DNA from: Octopus vulgaris
Lineage: Eukaryota
Assembly: GCA_951406725.2 (NCBI GenBank)
Contig: OX597836.1
Location: 8,556,001 to 8,620,000 of the forward strand
Length of the DNA: 64,000 nt
Direction of reading: 5' to 3'
In this document: positions 57,875 through 64,000 of the stretch, piece after piece
Numbering within the stretch: the first letter of the stretch is position 1
Layout of the letters: every line of letters begins with the position of its first letter
Program-made: the position numbers and the translations under genes
The notes under the pieces: model-generated
Told to the model about the DNA's origin: nothing
The model's input: only the letters and a program-made list of their open reading frames with translations
The model's database searches: none

Positions 57875-58128
57875 ATCTATATTTAAGAGATGAGGAATTA
57901 TGTACGGGAATATGGCGTAGGGGTTAAGAGCGCGGACTACTAACCCCAATATTCCGAGTTCGTTTCTAGGCAGTGACCTGAATCGAAAAATACCTTAGGA
58001 ATGCGAACTCAGGTTCGAAATTTCCCCAAGACACCTGATGAAGGCTGGAGAGTATATCAGCCGAAACGTTGTGTCAACAACAAACAAGATGAGGACAAAT
58101 GTCCGTTAAATGTAAATAATGTAAATAA
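57875..58128 (+). mobile_element. tRNA-headed SINE-like element carrying a hammerhead ribozyme
   Basis: A-box TGGCGTAGGGG (57913), B-box-like GAGTTCGTTTC (57956), hammerhead 58030-58075, (GTAAATAAT)2 end. Interrupts MITE unit 1 with an imperfect 13-bp TSD TTATGAGGAATTG (57862-57874) / TTATTAGGAATTG (58129-58141). Confidence 0.8.
58030..58075 (+). ncRNA. Minimal type-I hammerhead ribozyme motif
   Basis: GACAC-CUGAUGA-A-GGCUGG(AGAGUAUA)UCAGCC-GAAA-CG-U-U/GUGUC. 5-bp stem I, 6-bp stem II, intact core, ACGU palindromic stem III. Confidence 0.85.
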
Positions 58129-58938
58129 TTATTAGGAATTGTATAAAAAAACCTGTTAAACTATTTTGTGTTTGTAGAAGCATAGCTAAATTATTGGAGA
58201 CAAACTTTCACAACAAAATCTTATATGGACCCCCCCAACAAGGGTCATATGGGCTTCAGTTGGGAACCTCTGATCTAAATGGTCAATCACGCTGCTAGAA
58301 ATAACAGTTATATCTCTCGCCAGTCAGAGTTTACATCAATGGTTCTCAACCATCTTTTTGCTCGTGGACCCCTTCAGTCCCCTATTTTACTCCACAGGAC
58401 CTCCATAACCACTCACTGTATATAAAAAAAAATCTTAGTGTTTTCATAATTAAATATTATTAAGAATTCCATAAAAAGATTAAAATATTTTGTGTATTAA
58501 AGAAGCATAACCAGTTTATTGCAGATAAATTTTAACAAGAAAATCTTGTATGGACCCTAGCTTTAGAACCAATGCTCTGAATGGTCACTCAACTGCTAGA
58601 AATAACGGTCATATTTCTCTCCAATCGCAGTTTACATCAGTATTTCTCAACCATCTTTTTGCCCAGGGACCCCTTCAGTCCCCTATTTTACTTTACTGGA
58701 CCTCCACAGCCATTCACTGTATATAATATAAAAACAAAATCTTACTGTTTTTTTTTAATTAAATATTATTAAGAATTCCATAAAAAGATTAAGACATTTT
58801 ATGTATTGTTGATGCATAACCAATTTATTGCAGATAAATTTTAACAACAAAATCTTATACGAACCCACCAAGTGTCATAAGGGCCCTAGTTGAGAGCCAT
58901 TGCCCTATATGGTCACTCGATCTGCTAGAAATAACAAT

Positions 58939-59313
58939 GGATGGAAGCACTCCGTCGGTTACGACGACGAGGGTTCCGGTTGATCCGATGAACGGAACAG
59001 CCTGCTCGTGAAATTAACGTGTAAGTGGCTGAGCACTCCACAGACACGTGTACCCTTAACGCAGTTCTCGGGGATATTCAGCGTGACACAGAGTGTGACA
59101 AGGCCGGCCCCTTTGAGATACGGGTACAACAGAAACAGGAAGTAAGAGTGAGAGAAAATTGTGGTGAAAGAGTACAGCAGGGATCACCACCATGCCCTGC
59201 CGGAGCCTCGTGGAGCTTTAGGTGTTTTCGCTCAATAAACACTCACAACGCCCGGTCTGGGATTCGAAACCGCGAGTCCGCTGCCCTAACCACTGAGCCA
59301 TTGCGCCTCCACG
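58939..59313 (-). mobile_element. SINE family C (tail type 3) with 11-bp TSD
   Basis: GAAATAACAAT at 58928-58938 and 59314-59324. Family C head with the tail of 19268-19590. Confidence 0.9.
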
Positions 59314-59597
59314 GAAATAACAATCATATCTCTCTCCAATCGAAGTTGAGGACAACCATATTTTTGCCCGTGGACCCCTTCAGTCTCCTACTTTATACAA
59401 CTGTATTTTTATAATTAAATATTATTTGGAACTGCACGAAAAAGTCTAAATATTTTGGGTATTGTAGAAGTATTAGTGAGAAGTATAAGAAAGAAACAAG
59501 GAGACACAGAAAAACACCCCAGAGATACCCGTAAAGCGTTCTGATGAATGCTTCAAGTTGAACTAAAGAACGTACCACGTTTCACTTGCAAAGTTGA

Positions 59598-59990
59598 TAC
59601 CTATTTCTTTACTACCCACAAGGGGCTAAACACATAGAGGGAACAAACAAGGACAGCAGACAAAGGAATTAAGTCGATTACATCGACCGGAGTGCGTAAC
59701 CGGTACTTAATTTATCGACCCCGAAAGGATGAATAGCAAAGTCGACCTCGGCGGAATTTGAACTCAGAACGTAACGGCAGACGAAATACCTATTTCTTTA
59801 CTACCCACAAGGGGCTAAACACACAGAGGACAAACAAGGACAGACAAATGGATTAAGTCGATTATATTGACCCCAAAAGGATGAAAGGCAAAGTCGACCT
59901 CGGCGGAATTTGAACTCAGAACGTAACGGCAGACGAAATACGGCAACGCATTTCGCCCGGCGTGCTAACGATTCTGCCAGCTCGTCGCCT
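59598..59990 (-). mobile_element. SINE family A, head plus tandem body repeat
   Basis: Reverse complement of family A with a tail-to-body junction at ~59790. Confidence 0.9.
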
Positions 59991-60077
59991 TAATATCATT
60001 GCAAAGTTGATATCATTAACGAAATATGAAAAAAACAACTTCTCTCCGCCATTTTCATCTCTACTTAACTTCACATT

Positions 60078-60125
<48 letters not shown>

Positions 60126-61367
60126 CCACATTCTCTCACACTCCCACATTCTCTCACACTCCCACATTCAACCCTTTGTTTTACTGTTTGATTTTTGTTG
60201 TTTATTATTGTTTCGTTTTTTAATCTTGTTCTTGTTGATGTTGTGAATTTGTTGCGGTTATGTTAATGGCTGAGTATTTCGCTGCTAAAATTTGTATTAG
60301 TCTTTTTCTTCTTTTTTTTTATTGTTTACATTTTTTTTTTACTTTAAGATTGTCTCCTTGTTTATCGTCTCCTCCACACCTCCAATACCATCAAATACCA
60401 CCACCACTATCCCCACCAGATCAATTGCAACCACCACCACCACCACCACCATCATCACCACCATCACCACCAACACTAACACCACCACCACCACCACCAC
60501 CACCACCACTACCACCACCACTACCACCACCACCACCACCACCACAATCACCACAGCCGCTGCCGCCGCCGCCGACAGCCAGAGCAACAACAACAACAAC
60601 AACAAATGTGGAAGCCTCTACGTAGTCGTTAAAATCTACTTGAAATAGTTCTCAAACCACCCTCAAATCACCCGCTACCGTCTTAAAAAAAATAAAAATT
60701 CCCAAAATAGCACTCATCGCCGAAATCTATCTTCGTTGCGCTTTTTTTTTTGTTTTCCCTATAAATATTTCCACGGTCATTGCTCCGATGGACTTTCTGC
60801 CCCAGAACCCTCTGTTAAAACCTTTCACTTCACCCCCCACCCGTCGTCTTCCCTGGGACATCGTTTCTCTGTTGGGCTTCCATAAGTTCTTTAATTCTAA
60901 TGGCTTCTTTCGTCCAACTGCTGCTCTCTCGAACACTCAATCGTTCGTTGTTTCCGTCGTTAGACTGTGGTCATGCTGGGGCACTTTCAGGAAAGATTTT
61001 ACAAACGATCCCAGTAATTTTTTCTTTAACGTCTCCTACTTACTCAATCGGATCCTTATACCGAACCGCTGTGTTACGGGGATGTAAACACATCAACACC
61101 GATTGCCAACAATAACAACAGCAACAATGACAGTAACAACAGCAACAATGACAGTAACAACAACAACAATATTTATATTCGTGTAACATCTGAGGATAGA
61201 AAGCTTCGAATAACCTGTCCTTGTTTTTTTGTATCGTCTATCCGGATGTTTTGTTGTCCTTTTTGTATCACCTAGTTGTCCGGACGTTCTGCGTTCTTGT
61301 CTCAATTTGTATTTTACACACACACACACACATATTCATATATATATGTATATATATATGTATATAC

Positions 61368-61456
<89 letters not shown>

Positions 61457-61463
61457 GTATATA

Positions 61464-61506
<43 letters not shown>

Positions 61507-61514
61507 ATATTATT

Positions 61515-61574
<60 letters not shown>

Positions 61575-61637
61575 AATAGTATGAATGAATGAATGAGACC
61601 TCGATATTATGTAAAATAGAGGAATTTATCTATAAAT

Positions 61638-61822
61638 ATAATATGTGAATTAGTTGGTTGTCACAAAACTCAGAGCTTCGGATGCCGGGGCTGAAGTCTG
61701 CTCCGGCATCTCATCAGATTTTAAGACTTTGTCTTAATAACTGATGAGATGCCGGAGCAGACTTCAGCCAAGGCACCCGAAACTCTGAGTTTTATTTTGA
61801 CAACCGACTAATTGTCACATAT

Positions 61823-61825
<3 letters not shown>
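61638..61825. repeat. ~190-bp imperfect palindrome made of two back-to-back hammerhead-bearing arms
   Basis: 61638-61717 is the reverse complement of 61741-61825; the centre TTAAGAC-TTT-GTCTTAA is also self-complementary. Confidence 0.9.
61736..61796 (+). ncRNA. Type-I hammerhead motif (plus arm of the inverted pair)
   Basis: AAUAA-CUGAUGA-GAUGCC..GGCACC-C-GAAA-CUCUGAG-U-U/UUAUU. Perfect 5-bp stem I, near-palindromic stem III. The minus-arm copy has a perfect 8-bp stem II but GAAG instead of GAAA. Confidence 0.72.
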
Positions 61826-61884
<59 letters not shown>

Positions 61885-62133
61885 CATACATAAATAGAAA
61901 TATTTGCATATCTACATATAAATGTATGTATGTGTGTGAGGGAGTTTATGCGCATGTGTAGGTGTATGCAGGTCCTTTTCTCTTTTGTAAGCATTTCAAG
62001 AAGTTAGCTTCTAACAGAGACACAAAGCCCCACCATCGCAATGTGGAGAACAACAAGAATGTCACATGATGAATCTGAGAACGGTCTTAGATTTCTGTCT
62101 GTGTGTGTGTGTAGATGTACGTCTGCATATGCG

Positions 62134-62180
<47 letters not shown>

Positions 62181-62304
62181 ACAAGCGGCACTCAAACACA
62201 TGTAATTAATTAGCTTTCAAAATTCTGTAAATTTTATTTTCTTGTAATCTTCTCGGATAAGACCAATTGCGAACACAGACTTTAAGCGCTAAAAAGTCTC
62301 AATG

Positions 62305-62343
<39 letters not shown>

Positions 62344-62433
62344 CACGCATTTTTGTGCGTGTATGTATAAATATGTCTATGTGTGAGATCAAAAACATTC
62401 CAACCAAGATTCACACATATACTAAAGACACTT

Positions 62434-62528
<95 letters not shown>

Positions 62529-62619
62529 ATATGTATATGTATAAATATATACATATATATATATATATATACGTACATATGCATACATATATACGTATAT
62601 ATACATACATACATACATA

Positions 62620-62677
<58 letters not shown>

Positions 62678-62858
62678 ATATATACATACATATATGTATA
62701 TATATTCATACATATATATATACATACATTCACACATTCATATGTGTGTGTGCATTCATGTTTGTGTGAGTATGTGAATGAATAATTATATCTATGTTTG
62801 AGAGTGTGTGTGATCAAAAACATTCCAACCATGATTCACACATATATTAAAGACACTT

Positions 62859-62940
<82 letters not shown>

Positions 62941-62980
62941 AATATATATATACATGTATGAGTGTGTGTGTGTGTATATG

Positions 62981-63024
<44 letters not shown>

Positions 63025-63253
63025 TACATAAATATATATATATACATTTATGTATATATGTATACATACATATGTATATATGTATACATACATATATTTA
63101 TATATATATAAATATATACATACATATATATATATATATTCATATACATATGCATATATATATATATACATTTGCACACACATATTTATGTGTGTGTGTA
63201 TATATTTGTATGTATATGTATATACGTGTGTGTGTGTATATATGTATAGATGT

Positions 63254-64000
<747 letters not shown>

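Larger units (their letters stand above)
57737..59470. mobile_element. Tandem array of three complete and one partial hAT-type MITE-like units
   Basis: Units 57737-58272, 58337-58574, 58638-58902 and partial ~59350-59470. Ends resemble CA(A/G)TGGTTCTCAAC / GTTGAGA.CCATTG. A ~63-bp spacer TGGTCA.TC..CTGCTAGAAATAAC is shared. Confidence 0.75.

Noticed and set aside
57906-57980. tRNA gene (likewise the other tRNA-like heads)
   Set aside because: Acceptor and anticodon stems do not pair properly and the sequence continues into repeat bodies; these are SINE heads.
59527-59573. CGUU-CUGAUGA...AACG
   Set aside because: Lacks the GAAA-stem III-UH half of the core.

Overview
AT-rich eukaryotic non-coding DNA (intergenic or intronic) with no convincing host protein-coding exon. 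Almost all listed ORFs are translations of (TA)n, (CA)n, (TACA)n, (GGT)n or (AAT)n microsatellites. The repeat landscape resembles an octopus/cephalopod genome (inference, not verified). The window holds several tRNA-derived SINE families in dozens of copies, 3' fragments of CR1 and RTE LINEs, an internally deleted mariner with a nested SINE, two Helitron-like non-autonomous elements, a tandem array of hAT-type MITEs and several local tandem duplications. The main hidden signal is a set of minimal type-I hammerhead ribozyme motifs (CUGANGA-stem II-GAAA-palindromic stem III-UH, closed by stem I), six well formed and two degenerate. They sit in at least five sequence-unrelated short elements, mostly embedded in (TA)n tracts, and their stems differ in sequence while keeping pairing. 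One is fused behind a tRNA-like Pol III head (a hammerhead-SINE, 57.9-58.1 kb), one lies in a 561-bp terminally redundant unit (49.7-50.3 kb), and two form a back-to-back inverted pair (61.6-61.8 kb). This suggests a community of ribozyme-bearing non-autonomous retroelements of the Penelope-like/retrozyme type. All folds were read by eye; none was computed or assayed.
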